DNA from: an uncultured delta proteobacterium
Lineage (GTDB): Bacteria; Myxococcota; Myxococcia; Myxococcales; Myxococcaceae
NCBI GenBank assembly: GCA_963771175.1
Contig: CAVYSY010000022.1
Location: 1-64,000 of the forward strand
Reading direction: 5' to 3'
Length of the DNA: 64,000 bases
The translations under genes and the position numbers were made by a program. The notes below the pieces were generated by a model. The model did not search any database. It saw only the letters and a program-made list of their open reading frames with translations, and was not told the origin of the DNA. Below are positions 22,146 to 33,933 of this stretch, piece by piece (positions within the stretch are counted from its first letter, which is position 1; each line of letters opens with the position of its first letter).

Positions 22146-22627
22146 GCGCTCCCACGCTGAGCCGCACGGTGGTTTCGGGCTCGCCCGAGGAGACACACCG
22201 GTGGGGCGTGCGGCTCGGGCAGCTCCTCCAGCCCGGGGACTTCGTCGGGCTGGTGGGCGACCTGGGCGCGGGCAAGACGCACCTGGTGCGCGGCGTGGCC
22301 GAGGGCGCGGGCGTGTCGCGCTCGGAGGTGGCCAGTCCCACCTTCGCCATCGTCTACCCATACCGGGGCCGGTTGCCGCTGTACCACGCGGACCTCTACC
22401 GGCTCGCCGACTACGATGAGCTCTACGCCACGGGCTTCCTGGACCTGGTGGGCGGAGACGGCGCGGTGCTGGTGGAATGGCTGGACAGGATTCCGGAGGC
22501 CGCGCCCCGCGAGTACCTGCGCCTCACCCTGCGGGACACGGGCGAGGAGTCGCGCGAGCTCGTGGCCGAGGCCTGGGGCGCGAGGCCGGCGGAGCTGCTG
22601 AAGGCGTGGTTGTCCGCGGAAAGCTGA
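22142..22627 (+). CDS. tsaE: tRNA threonylcarbamoyladenosine biosynthesis ATPase
   Basis: GDLGAGKT, SPTF, HADLYRL, VEW; ATGA overlap with nnr. Confidence 0.95.
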   Translation: MSAPTLSRTVVSGSPEETHRWGVRLGQLLQPGDFVGLVGDLGAGKTHLVRGVAEGAGVSRSEVASPTFAIVYPYRGRLPLYHADLYRLADYDELYATGFLDLVGGDGAVLVEWLDRIPEAAPREYLRLTLRDTGEESRELVAEAWGARPAELLKAWLSAES

Positions 22628-22735
22628 GTGGCCAACAACGCAAAGTCCCCTCTCCTGGAGGACAGGTTTAGGGGTGAGCGTTGTCCCCCTGCCTGCTGAC
22701 CGGGAGGCGGTGCCCCGGGGCTATCCTGCGGGCCC

Positions 22736-23932
22736 ATGACCCTCTCCCTCGCAGCGAAGTGGCTCCTGCTCGTCCCGCTCGCCGGCGCGGTGCTGGCCGG
22801 CTGCGGTGCCTTGCAGCCGGCTCCCCATGAGCAGCCCCATGCCTCCGTCTCCTTTGACGTGACGGTCCCCGCGGACACTCCGGCCGATGCGGTCGTCACC
22901 GTGGTGGGCTCGGACCTGGCGCTTGGGAGTGATACCGCTCGGGGCTTCAGGCTCCGTCGCCAGCCGGATGGGCACTACACGGGTCTGGTCCGCATGGCAC
23001 TGGCCTCGGACGTCTCCTATGAGCTCTGGATCGGCGATGTGTGGATCCCCGAGGTCTCCGCGGAAGGCTCGCCAATGGCCCGGCACACCTTCCGCGTCGA
23101 AGGAGACATGACGGTGACCGCCACCGTGGCGCGCTGGGGCGCACCGAGCAAGGGGCCCCCGCAGGGTCACGGCCTGACCGGCCTCATCCGGTATCACCGC
23201 AACGTGTCGTCCGCGTTCCTGTCCCGCTCGCGCGAGGTCATCGTCTACCTGCCGCCCGACTACTTCGACAACCCCGAGCGCCGCTACCCGGTGCTCTACA
23301 TGCACGACGGGCAGAACCTGATGGACGCCTCCACCGCCAACTCGGGCGAGTGGCAGGTGGACGAGACCACCGAGCAGCTCATCCAGACGGGGATGGTGGA
23401 GCCCCTCATCATCGTGGGCGTCTCCAACACCGCGGACCGCATCCCCGAGTACACGCCCGTTCCGGACGCCATGCACCCGGCGGGTGGAAACGCGGACGCC
23501 TACGGCCGCTTCCTCGTCGAGGAGCTCAAGCCGATGATCGACGCCCACTACCGCACCCGACCCGGAGCCGGGGACACTGGCCTCGCGGGCTCGTCGCTCG
23601 GGGGGCTCGTGTCGCTGTACCTCGGGCTCAAGTATCCGGGGACGTTCACCCGGCTCGGCCTCATGTCGCCTTCCGTGTGGTGGGCGGACCACGACATCGT
23701 GAAGAAGGTGCAGGCGCTCGACACGAAGCCGCCGCTCCTGCTCTGGGTGGACATGGGCGCCAGCGAGGACGTGGATGCCATCGCCGATGCGCGCCTGCTC
23801 CGCGATGCCCTCGTGGCCAAGGGCTGGACGGGGGACCTGAGGTACGAGGAGGTCAACGGCGCCATGCACAACGAGGCCGCGTGGGCCTCGCGCTTCGGCG
23901 ACGTGCTGCGTTACCTGTTTCCCCCGCGCTGA
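22736..23932 (+). CDS. Lipoprotein alpha/beta-hydrolase (esterase family) with N-terminal CBM20-like domain
   Basis: Lipobox LAG-C; FDVTVPADTP domain; VYLPP, YPVLYMHDGQN, GSSLGG nucleophile motif, HNEAAW. Confidence 0.88.
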   Translation: MTLSLAAKWLLLVPLAGAVLAGCGALQPAPHEQPHASVSFDVTVPADTPADAVVTVVGSDLALGSDTARGFRLRRQPDGHYTGLVRMALASDVSYELWIGDVWIPEVSAEGSPMARHTFRVEGDMTVTATVARWGAPSKGPPQGHGLTGLIRYHRNVSSAFLSRSREVIVYLPPDYFDNPERRYPVLYMHDGQNLMDASTANSGEWQVDETTEQLIQTGMVEPLIIVGVSNTADRIPEYTPVPDAMHPAGGNADAYGRFLVEELKPMIDAHYRTRPGAGDTGLAGSSLGGLVSLYLGLKYPGTFTRLGLMSPSVWWADHDIVKKVQALDTKPPLLLWVDMGASEDVDAIADARLLRDALVAKGWTGDLRYEEVNGAMHNEAAWASRFGDVLRYLFPPR

Positions 23933-24054
23933 GGCGGCGGATGGCGAAGAGGGCCATCCGCTGGTTCGGCTCCGCGCTCAAGGTCGATCTTCTGGACTCC
24001 GCTGGGCGCTCACGCCCGCGGTTGGCGGGACTCGCAGCTGCCACAGGTCGTCCA

Positions 24055-24093
24055 TATTACTCAAAGTAATAGAGGGCGCACGGGGGGTATAAC
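24055..24093 (+). promoter_or_regulatory. AT-rich operator palindrome with a -10-like box upstream of the hybrid kinase
   Basis: TATTACT-CAA-AGTAATA (24055-24071) and TATAAC (24088-24093). Confidence 0.5.
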
Positions 24094-24298
24094 GAGGAGT
24101 CCGGCTGAATTCTCCCGCTCGGCCTGCGTGCCCGGCTTCAGGCGCCACCCCTGAGGGGGGGCCGAGCCTGCACTCGGGCGCGCTTGCTGCGAAGATATGA
24201 GGCGGTCGCCTCACCCTGGAGTGCGAAGGGGCAGGCAAGGGCGCCACAGCCACCCTCGAAATCCCTCTCGCCTCAGGTCCGCGTTGTTCCTCCACGGC

Positions 24299-27200
24299 AT
24301 GTTGAACATCCCAGGCTACACCCTCCGAGGGTCCATCAAGGCCACCGGCGCGAACCTGCTCTTCCGCGCGGTGCGCGATGCCGACGGCCTTTCCCTCATC
24401 CTCAAGATGCCCGTTGCCTCCGCCCTGGGGCCTCGAGACGTCGAGCGTTATCGCCGGGAGTTCGGCATCCTTCAGCGCCTCCGCGACGTGCGCGGCGTCA
24501 CCCGCGTTCATGCCTGCGAGCGACTCCAGGATCGCCCGGTGCTCCTCCTGGAGGAGGTGGAGGGAGAGGCCCTCTCCGAGCTCGTCGGCCGCCCCTTCGA
24601 GATGGTTCGAGCCCTGGAGCTGACTCTCTCCCTGGCGTCCACCCTGGCGGAGCTGCACCGCCGCGGTGTCATCCACAAGGACATCAAGCCCTCCAACATC
24701 ATCGTCACCCCTTCCGGTGACACCCGCCTGATCGACTTCGGTTCCGCCACCCTTCAGCTCGTCGAGCACGTGGAAGCCGCCCCCGCCTCTCTCATCGAAG
24801 GCACCCTGGCCTACATGTCTCCCGAGCAGACCGGTCGCATGAACCGCTCGGTGGACTACCGCACCGACCTCTACTCGCTGGGCGTTACCCTCTACGAGCT
24901 CCTCACGGGCAGCCGCCCCTTTCAGGGGCGTGACGCGCTCGAGTGGTTTCACGCCCACATGGCACAAGCGCCCCAGCCACCGCTGGAGCGGGTGCCGGGC
25001 CTGCCTCCCGTGCTCTCCGCCATCGTCCTCAAGCTGCTGGCCAAGGTCGCCGAGGAGCGCTACCAGAGCGTCGACGGACTCAAGGCCGACCTCGAGCGGT
25101 GCCGGGACAACCTGCTGCGGGGCGTGCACGAGGATTTCCCCCTCGGCGTACACGACCATCCCTCCCGCTTCCAGCTCCCCCAGCGCCTCTATGGGCGGGG
25201 CGCCGAGGCCACGGCCCTGCGTCAGGGATTCGAGCGCGTCGCCCAGGGTGGGCGGCCCGAGCTGTTCCTGGTCCGCGGCTACTCCGGTATCGGCAAATCC
25301 GCCGTGGTCCACGAGCTGCACAAGCCCGTGGTGCGCCAGCGTGGCTTCTTCCTCAGCGGCAAGTTCGACCAGTTCCAGCGGGACGTTCCCTACGCCACCC
25401 TGGCCCAGGCCATCCGCGGCCTGACGCAACAGCTCCTCGCGAGCACCGACGAAGAGCTGGCCCGCTGGAGTCAGCACCTGAACGAAGCCTGGGAAGGGCA
25501 GGGCCAGGTCCTCGTGGACGTGGTGCCCCAGCTCGAGCTCGTCGCCGGCAAGCAGCCCCCGGTCCAGGAGCTGCCTCCCTCCGAGGCTTGTCACCGCTTC
25601 AACCGCGTCTTTCGCAAGTTCCTCGGCGTGTTCGCCACCCCCGAGCACCCCCTCGTCGTCTTCCTGGACGACCTCCAGTGGGCGGATCTCGCCAGCCTCC
25701 AGCTCATCCACCACCTGCTCGTCCATCCGGAGACGCCTCCGGTCCTGCTCATCGGGGCCTACCGCGACAACGAGGTCGGTCCCTCCCACCCGCTGGCGCA
25801 TACGTTGGAGGGGCTGCGCAAGGCCGGTGCGCGGATGACCGAGCTTCTGCTCGAGCCGCTGCGCCTCGAAGAGGTGCGACAGCTCGTCGCCGACGCGCTC
25901 CCGGGAGCGGGGGACGCGGTCGTCGAGCCCCTCTCGGCATTGGCGCGCGAGAAGACGGGAGGCAACCCCTTCTTCCTGCTGCAGTTCATGCTGACGCTCC
26001 ACCAGGACGGGCTCCTGGTCCGCACGCCCGAGGGCCCCTGGCGCTGGGACGCCGAGGCCATTCGAGCCAGGGGCTACTCCGACAACGTCGTCGATTTCAT
26101 GGCCGGCAAGCTGCGCCAGCTCCCCCTGGACACGCAGCACCTGCTGCGGCTCGCTGCCTGTGTGGGCAACTCCTTCCCGCTCCACATGCTCAGCCTCCTC
26201 GCTCACACGCGAGAGTCCTACTCGGTGGAGCAGGGCCTCGAGCCCGCGCTCCAGGAGGGCCTGCTGATGCGTGCCGGAACGGAGGAGCAGTACCGCTTCC
26301 TCCATGACCGCATCCAGCAAGCGGCCCACGCCCTCATCCCCGAGGAGGAGCGCCAGTCCGTCCACCTGCGCATCGGCCGGCTGTTGCTGGCGAGCCTGTC
26401 GCCGGAATCGGTCCAGGAGAAGCTCTTCGACATCGTGAGTCAGCTCAACGCCGGGGCGGAGCTGATCGACAACGCCGAGGAGCGGCTGCGTGTGGCGCGT
26501 CTGAATGCCGAGGCCGGGCGGAAGGCCAAGGCCTCCACCGCGTTCCGCTCGGCCGTCGCCTATCTCACCACGGCCCTCCAACTCCTCCCGGGAGTATCCC
26601 TGGGAGACCGCCCCCGAGCTGGCCTTCAGGATTCAGCTCGACCGGGCCACCTGCGAGTTCATGAGCGGCAACGCCGTCGAGGCGCGCCGTCTGGTGGAGG
26701 AGCTCCGGCCCCGGGCCCGCACCCTCGCGGACATGGCGGCCGTCTACCGCTTGAGGAGCGGCCTCCACGTCGCCGCCAGTGAGATCCACGCGGCCATCGC
26801 CTGCCTCGTGGAGTGTCTTGCCCAGATGGGCATGCCCATGTCCCTGAACCCCTCCTGGGAGGAGGTCGTGGCCGCCAACGAGGAGGTGTGGGCCCTGCTG
26901 GGGGAGCGCCCCATCGAGAGCCTCGTCGAGCTGCCGCTCATGACGGACCCGGACATGGAGGCGGTGATGAGCGTGCTCGGCGCCCTGTTCGCGCCGGCGT
27001 ACTTCACCAATCCCCACCTGCTCATCGTCAACCTGTGCCGGATGGTCTCCCTCAGCATCCGCCACGGCAACAACGCTTCGGCGGCGCATGGCTATGCCTG
27101 GCTCGGCGTGGTGCTGGGCCCCGCCTTCAAGCGGTACCGGGAGGGCTATGCCTTCGGCCAGCTCGCCTGGAGCGTCGTCGAGCGCCACGACCTCTCCGCC

Positions 27201-29576
27201 ATCCGAGGCAAGATTCTCTACATCCAGGAGGTCATCAACAACTGGACCCAGCCCCTCGAAAGCTCACTGGAGCTCGTCCGCAGGGGCTTCCATCACTCGA
27301 TCCAGGGCAGCGATCTCCAGATCGCGAGCTTCTGCAGCACCCACATCGTCCAGATCCGGCTCACGCTGGGGCACGACCTGGAGGAGGTCTACCAGGAGAC
27401 GGTCGCCCTCCTCTCCTTCATGCGCAAGGTGAGCTTCCCGGACGTGCAAGCCCTCCTGCTCTTCCTCCAGCGCTACGTGCAGCAGCTGCGCGGCGTCCTC
27501 TACACCTCGTTCGGTTCGCTGAACGGGGAGGACTTCGACGAGAAGTCCTTCGAGGCCGGACTGACCCCCGCCCGCATGAGCACCATGCGGTGCTGCTATT
27601 GGATCGTGAAGATGCAGTCGCGCTTCCTGAGGGGCTCCTACGCCGAGGCGCGCGAGGCGGGGGTCCGGGCCGCCGAGCTGGTCTGGTCCTCGCTCGGCCT
27701 GCTCCAGCTCCTGGACTTCCACCTCTATTACGCCCTGACCCTGGCCGCCTGCTACGGGCAGATGGCACCCGAGGAGCAGCAGCAGACCCTGGAGGCCCTG
27801 CGCAAGCACCAGGAACAACTCGCCGAGTGGGCCAGCTACCAGCCCGCGACCTTTCGCGCCCCCGAGCGGATGGTCAGCGCGGAGCTGGCCCGCCTCACGG
27901 ACCGGGAAGGGGAGGCCCTCCGTGCCTACGAGGAGGCACACCAGTCCGCCCGTGAGCACGGCTTCATCCAGCACGCCGCCCAGGCCTGCGAGCTCGCCGC
28001 CCGCTTCTGGTACGAGCGGAAGTTGCCGACGCTCGCTGACACCTACGCCCTCAAGGCCCGGGTGGCCTGGCTGCGCTGGGGCGCCCAGGGCAAGGTCAAG
28101 CACCTGGACTCCCAGTGGCCGCACCTGGCCTCTTCCCTGTCGAACGAGGAGACCGTCACGGATACGGACTCCACCCAGCTCGACACGCTCACCCTCTTCA
28201 AGGCCCAGCAGGCCATCTCCGGAGAGATCGTCCTCGATCGACTGGCGGCCACGCTGCTCCACACCGCCATCGAGAACGTCGGGGCCCAGCGCGGCGCCCT
28301 GTTGCTGCCTCGCGGAGACACACTCTCGGTGGTCGCCTGCGTGGGCACGTCGCCGGAGGACTCCGCCGCCGACGCCCGGCTGCCCTGGACCCTCATCTCC
28401 TACGTCAGGCGCACCCGCGAGCACGTGCTCATCGACGACGCCTCCCGGCCCCATCCCTTCTCGTCCGATCCCTGGCTCGCGCACGGCCGCGTCCGCTCCG
28501 TGCTCTGCCTGCCCCTGCTGCTCCAGGAGGAGTTCCGCGGCGTGCTGTACCTGGAGAACAGCCTCGCCACCAACGCCTTCACCCCCTCACGCCTCGCGCT
28601 GCTCGGGCACCTCGCCTCCCAGGCCGCCATCTCCATCGAGAACGCCCGCCTCTACGCCGAGGTCCAGCGCACGGAGGCCGCTCTGCGGAGTGCCAATGAC
28701 GAGCTGGAGAAGCGCGTGGAGGAGCGCACGCGCGAGCTCAAGCAGGCCCAGGCCCGCTCGGTGGACTCCGCGCGCGCGGCCGGCATGGCCGAAGTGGCCG
28801 CCAACGTGCTCCACAACGTCGGCAACGTCCTCACCAGCGCCGTCATCAACCTCCAGACGATGAGCGAGATGGTGAACGCCTCTCGCGTCGGCCGGCTCAA
28901 GCAGGTCACCACCCTGTTCGGCGAGCACCGCGAGGAGCTGGCGGACTTCCTCACCCGCGATTCGCGGGGCACCCAGCTCCCCGTCTACCTCTCCGTGCTC
29001 AGCGACGAGCTGCTGCGCGAGCAGAAGGCGCTCCAGGACAGCATGGTGGACATGGGCAAGCACATCGAGCACATCCGAGTCATCGTCCAGGTCCAGCAGG
29101 CCTACACCCACAGCACCCTCATCACCGAGGAGTGTGACCTCGCCCAGCTCGTCGACGACGCGCTGAGCATCCAGCTTCCCTCCCTCAAGCGCCACGGCAT
29201 CACCGTCACCCGGGAGCTCGCCACCCTCCCCAAGGCGCGGCTGGACAAACACAAGGTGCTGCAGATCCTCGTCAACCTCATCAGCAACGCCAAGAACGCC
29301 ATGCACGTCCTCCCCGAGGCGCAGCGGCACCTGCACGTCAGGCTCGCGGCGGAAGGCAGCACGGCCCGCATCCAGGTGGTGGACAACGGCATGGGCATCG
29401 CGCCGGAGCTCCGCGAGCGGCTCTTCTCCCAGGGCTTCACCACCCGCGAGGGGGGGCACGGCCTGGGCCTGCACTCCAGCGCCCTCGCGGCGAAGCTGTT
29501 GAGTGGCCGCCTCACCCTGGAGAGCGAGGGGCCGGGTAGGGGGGCCACGGCTACCCTCGAGCTGCCCCTCGCGTAG
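24299..29576 (+). CDS. Trifunctional Ser/Thr kinase - P-loop ATPase - GAF - histidine kinase (one frameshift near 26595)
   Basis: HKDIKPSN, DFG, AYMSPE; GYSGIGKS, LDDLQWAD; LYLEN GAF; VLHNVGN, NLISNA, GHGLGL. Confidence 0.92.
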
Positions 29577-29617
29577 GGGACCCGCGAGAGGCGAGGCGGG
29601 CCTCCGCCGTCACGCGC

Positions 29618-30451
29618 TCAGGGCTTCGCGCAGAGGTCCTGCACGTTCCACTGACGGAAGACGAGCCGGCTGTCCACGCCGACGATGTTCTCCTCGTCGA
29701 TGGGGTGCCAGTGGTCCTCGCCCGAGAGTCGCTCGCTGGCGACCACGAGCTGCTCGAGCTGCGTGCCCGGCTTCGGTGGCCCCGAGAGGCGGTGCGGACG
29801 CCGACCCGTCTCGGGCGCCGTGTCCGACAGGAAGAGCGTGCGGTTGCGCCGCGTGGCCACCATCACGTCCCCGTTCGTCACGAGGAAGTTCATCGACGAG
29901 CGGTCCTGTCCCGGCACGTCCGTGAGGGCCGATACCAGTCCCATCGTCTCCGCCAGCGCGCAGGCGACCTTCTCCACACAGGCCGGCCCGTCGAGCGACT
30001 GTTGCTCCGCCAGCCGGGTGAGGAAGAGGTAGAAGCAGCGCTCCGAGTCCGTCGCGCCCTTGATGGAGGCGAGCAGGTCCGGACGGATGAGCGCCTCCAC
30101 CTCGGCCTTGTGCCGGGCGAAGTTCTTCACCGTGCCGTTGTGCACGAAGCACCAGTGGCCATGGATGAAGGGGTGCGTGTTGCGCTTGTCGATCGCGCCC
30201 ACCGAGGCCAGGCGGATGTGGGCCACCACCGTGCGCGAGGACACGCGGCTGCTCACCCGCTCGAAGTCCGGATCGCAGTGCGCGGGGCCGAGCCCGTGTG
30301 CGACCAGGGGCTGAGCGCCCACTTCGTACGAAGCAATCCCCCAACCGTCCTTGTGCTCCCTCGACTGCTGGAGAAGCGAGTTCTTCTCCGTGACGAGCGA
30401 GGGATGGACGGCGGCGGGTACCTCAGAGCGGAAGCCAAAGAGACGGCACAT
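29618..30451 (-). CDS. Class II glutamine amidotransferase (EgtC/YafJ-like Ntn hydrolase)
   Basis: Starts MCRLFG (catalytic Cys2); DGWG, AHIR, NTHPF, HNG, TDSE. Confidence 0.9.
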   Translation of the reverse strand: MCRLFGFRSEVPAAVHPSLVTEKNSLLQQSREHKDGWGIASYEVGAQPLVAHGLGPAHCDPDFERVSSRVSSRTVVAHIRLASVGAIDKRNTHPFIHGHWCFVHNGTVKNFARHKAEVEALIRPDLLASIKGATDSERCFYLFLTRLAEQQSLDGPACVEKVACALAETMGLVSALTDVPGQDRSSMNFLVTNGDVMVATRRNRTLFLSDTAPETGRRPHRLSGPPKPGTQLEQLVVASERLSGEDHWHPIDEENIVGVDSRLVFRQWNVQDLCAKP

Positions 30452-30521
30452 GGGTATTTGTCTAATTATAACTGCCGGCCCCGACGGGAAGTCCCGTCGT
30501 GCCACTGCTGTCCGCCTTACG

Positions 30522-31795
30522 TCACGGACAGAGGGCCCGCTCGTTTTCTATCACCACATGGCCATCTTTAATCACTATCCGCGCGTGGTTGATTCCCAGG
30601 TGATAGGGCAGGTGGCGGTAGTTTGAGCACGAAAAGACGACAAGGTTCGCCGGGTCGCCCACGGTAATCCGGCCGTATGTGTTCAAACGCGCAGTGCGAG
30701 CGCCGCCCCGCGGGTGGCGGCCCAGTAGGCCTCGGCTGCCGTCAGCCCGTTCTCCAGGCAGGCGAGCCCCATGGCGAGCGGCAGGTTCTCGCTCATGGCG
30801 GAGCCGGGGTTGAGGTTGGTGCCCGAGCGCCACGTTGACGCCGGCCTCGCGCAGCTTGCGGCCGGGGGCGTAGGGCCGCACGCGCAGGAAGAGGGTGGAG
30901 GTGGGTACGAGTACGGCGGTGACGCCCGCGTCGGCCAGGGCGCGGATGCCCGCCTCGCTCGACGTTCTCCAGGTGGTCCGCGGTGGCCGCGCCCAGCTCG
31001 GCCGCCAGCTCGGCGCCTCCGTTGGCGGTGAGCTGGTCCACGTGCAGCCGCGGCATCAGCCCCAGCTTCTTGGCGGCCACCAGGATGCGGCGCGCCTCGT
31101 CCTGGCGTGAAGGCGCCCTCCTCGACGAAGACGTCGCAGAAGCGCGCCAGCCCCTGCTCGGCCACCGCGGGGATGATCTCCTCGGACGCAGAGGTCCACG
31201 TAGGCCTCGCGCCACTCGCGGTACTCCTCCGGCACCGCGTGCGCGCACAGCAGCGTGGGCACCAGCTCCAGGGGCTGGAGCGCCGACAGCCGCTGCACCA
31301 CCTGCAGCATCTTCAGCTCGTCCTGGAGGGAGAGGCCGTAGCCGCTCTTCACCTCGGCGGTGGTGACGCCGTACTCCAGCATGCAGCTGCAGCCGGGGCA
31401 GGGCGAGCCGGATGAGGTCCTCCTCGCTGGCGAAGCGGGTGGCGCGCACGGTGTTGGCGATGCCGCCGCCGGCCTGGGCGATCTGCAGGTAGGTGGCGCC
31501 CTGGTTGCGCAGGTCGAACTCGGCCGCGCGCTCGCCCGGCGAAGACGGCGTGGGTGTGCGGATCCACGAAGCCGGGGCCGACGAACTGGCCGTGCGCGTC
31601 GATGACCCGGGTGGAGGGACCCACCGCGCCTGGAGGCAGGCCGCTCTCGGGGCCCACGTACCACACCTTGCCGCGGCGCACGCCGACGCATGCGTTCGGG
31701 CGGGGCGTGAGGGCGCGCTCGGCGGGCTCGGTGTGCGAGCCCTCCACGGTGAGTACCTCGGACGTGTTGCGGACCAGCAGCTCCAGGGTTTCCAT
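30522..31795 (-). CDS. hutI: Imidazolonepropionase (multiple frameshifts)
   Basis: [47 protein letters not shown]; directly downstream of hutU. Confidence 0.92.
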
Positions 31796-31801
31796 GGGTC
31801 G

Positions 31802-33457
31802 TTACTCGGTGATGCCAGGGATGCGCACGCCGCGGGCGCGGGCCACGTCGATGGCCTCGGGGTAGCCGGCGTCGGCGTGACGCAGCACGCCCATGGCCGG
31901 GTCCGAGGTGAGCACGCGCTCGATGCGGCGGGCGGCCTCGGGGGTTCCGTCGGCGACGATGACCTGGCCCGCGTGCAGCGAGTAGCCCATGCCCACGCCG
32001 CCGCCGTGGTGGAAGGACACCCAGGAGGCGCCGTTCACCGCGTTCACCAGCGCATTGAGGATGGGCCAGTCGGCCACCGCGTCCGTGCCGTCGCGCATGG
32101 ACTCCGTCTCGCGGTTGGGCGAAGCCACCGAGCCGCAGTCCAGGTGATCGCGCCCGATGACGATGGGGGCCTTCACCTCGCCCTTGCGCACCATCTCGTT
32201 GAAGCGCAGGCCCGCCTTGTGGCGCTCGCCGTAGCCGAGCCAGCAGATGCGGGCCGGCAGGCCCTGGAAGGCCACGCGCTCCTGCGCCATCTTGATCCAC
32301 CGGTGCAGCGACTTCTTCTCCGGGAAGAGCTCGAGCACCGCCTCGTCCGTGCGGCGGATGTCCTCGGGGTCTCCCGAGAGCGCCACCCAGCGGAAGGGCC
32401 CGAGGCCCTCGCAGAACATGGGGCGGATGTAGGCCGGCACGAAGCCGGGGAAGTCGAAGGCGTGCTCCAGCCCGGCCAGCTGCGCCTGGGCGCGGATGTT
32501 GTTGCCGTAGTCGAAGACGTGGCTGCCGGCCTTCGCGAAGTCCAGCATCGCCTGCACCTGCATGGCCATGGACTGGCGGGCCTTCTCGACGTAGCCCTTG
32601 GGATCCCTCTGGCGCAGCTCGGCGGCGGCCTCCAGCGACAGGTCCACGGGGATGTAGCCGTTGAGCGGATCGTGCGCGCTCGTCTGGTCGGTGACGAGGT
32701 CCGGCTTGATGCCGCGCCGGTACAGCTCGCGGTACACCTGGGCCGCGTTGCCGATGATGCCGATGGAGCGGCCGACGCGCTTCTGCTGGGCCTCCTTCGC
32801 CAGCGCAATCGCCTCGTCGAGGTCCTTGGCGACGACGTCGAGGTAGCGCGTCTCCACGCGGCGCTGGGCGCGGTGCGGGTCGATCTCCACGCCGAGGAAG
32901 ACGGCGTTGTTCATGGTGGCGGCCAGGGGCTGGGCGCCGCCCATGCCGCCGAGGCCGCCGGAGAGGACGAGCCGGCCGGAGAGGTCATCGGAGCCGAAGT
33001 GGACGCGGCCGGCCTGGGCGAAGGTCTCGAAGGTGCCCTGGAGGATGCCCTGGGTGCCGATGTAGATCCACGAGCCGGCCGTCATCTGGCCGTACATCAT
33101 CAGGCCCTTCTTCTCGAGCTCGAAGAAGTGGTCCCAGTTGGCCCAGTTGCCCACGAGGTTGGAGTTGGCGATGAGGACGCGCGGGGCGTCCGGGTGGGTG
33201 CGCAGGATGCCCACGGGCTTGCCGGACTGGACGAGGAGCGTCTCCTCGTCGGTGATGCGGCGCAGGCTGTCCACGATGCGATCGAACGAAGGCCAGTCAC
33301 GGGCGGCCTTGCCGATGCCGCCGTAGACGACGAGATCCTCGGGGCGCTCGGCCACGTCCGGATCCAGGTTGTTCATCAGCATCCGGAGGGCGGCTTCCTG
33401 GACCCATCCCTTGCAGGAGAGGGTCGTACCGCGAGGGGCGCGAATGGTGCGAGACAT
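31802..33457 (-). CDS. hutU: Urocanate hydratase
   Basis: [44 protein letters not shown]. Confidence 0.98.
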   Translation of the reverse strand: MSRTIRAPRGTTLSCKGWVQEAALRMLMNNLDPDVAERPEDLVVYGGIGKAARDWPSFDRIVDSLRRITDEETLLVQSGKPVGILRTHPDAPRVLIANSNLVGNWANWDHFFELEKKGLMMYGQMTAGSWIYIGTQGILQGTFETFAQAGRVHFGSDDLSGRLVLSGGLGGMGGAQPLAATMNNAVFLGVEIDPHRAQRRVETRYLDVVAKDLDEAIALAKEAQQKRVGRSIGIIGNAAQVYRELYRRGIKPDLVTDQTSAHDPLNGYIPVDLSLEAAAELRQRDPKGYVEKARQSMAMQVQAMLDFAKAGSHVFDYGNNIRAQAQLAGLEHAFDFPGFVPAYIRPMFCEGLGPFRWVALSGDPEDIRRTDEAVLELFPEKKSLHRWIKMAQERVAFQGLPARICWLGYGERHKAGLRFNEMVRKGEVKAPIVIGRDHLDCGSVASPNRETESMRDGTDAVADWPILNALVNAVNGASWVSFHHGGGVGMGYSLHAGQVIVADGTPEAARRIERVLTSDPAMGVLRHADAGYPEAIDVARARGVRIPGITE

Positions 33458-33546
33458 GGTTCTCCACGGAGGGTGACGGGGCGCGGAGCCTAGCCGAAGC
33501 CAGAGGGGGATGCGCGCCCGAGTTGAAGGGCTCGTGCTCTCGGTGA

Positions 33547-33933
33547 TCAAGGGGATGGCGTCTTGCGACGCAGCGCGACGAACTCCGCGGCGAAGTCGAG
33601 GAACTTCAGGGCCGCGCGCTCGTGGTCTCCCTCGCAGTCCCGCAGGTACTTCACGTGCCAGCCCTCGTACGGCATTTCGTGCTTCACCTCGTCAAGCCAA
33701 TCCAAGAAGTCCCGCCACTCCTGGTCCTTGCCTCCGTTGAACTGGGTATTGGATGCCCACCCGATGGTGAAGAAGAAGAGCGAATCGATGGTGTCGCCGC
33801 CAGTCACGGACCAGAGTCCTCGTCTCTCGAGAATTCGCCGCCGGGTGTAGAGCAGCACATCCATGAGACCGACTTTGCGCCCGCGCCACTCCTCGGGAAG
33901 CGGCTCGACCTTGCCAACTATCTTTTCACTCAT
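33547..33933 (-). CDS. Putative cognate immunity protein
   Basis: 128 aa, aromatic/acidic, lower GC, ATGA-coupled to the upstream toxin-like gene. Confidence 0.6.
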   Translation of the reverse strand: MSEKIVGKVEPLPEEWRGRKVGLMDVLLYTRRRILERRGLWSVTGGDTIDSLFFFTIGWASNTQFNGGKDQEWRDFLDWLDEVKHEMPYEGWHVKYLRDCEGDHERAALKFLDFAAEFVALRRKTPSP

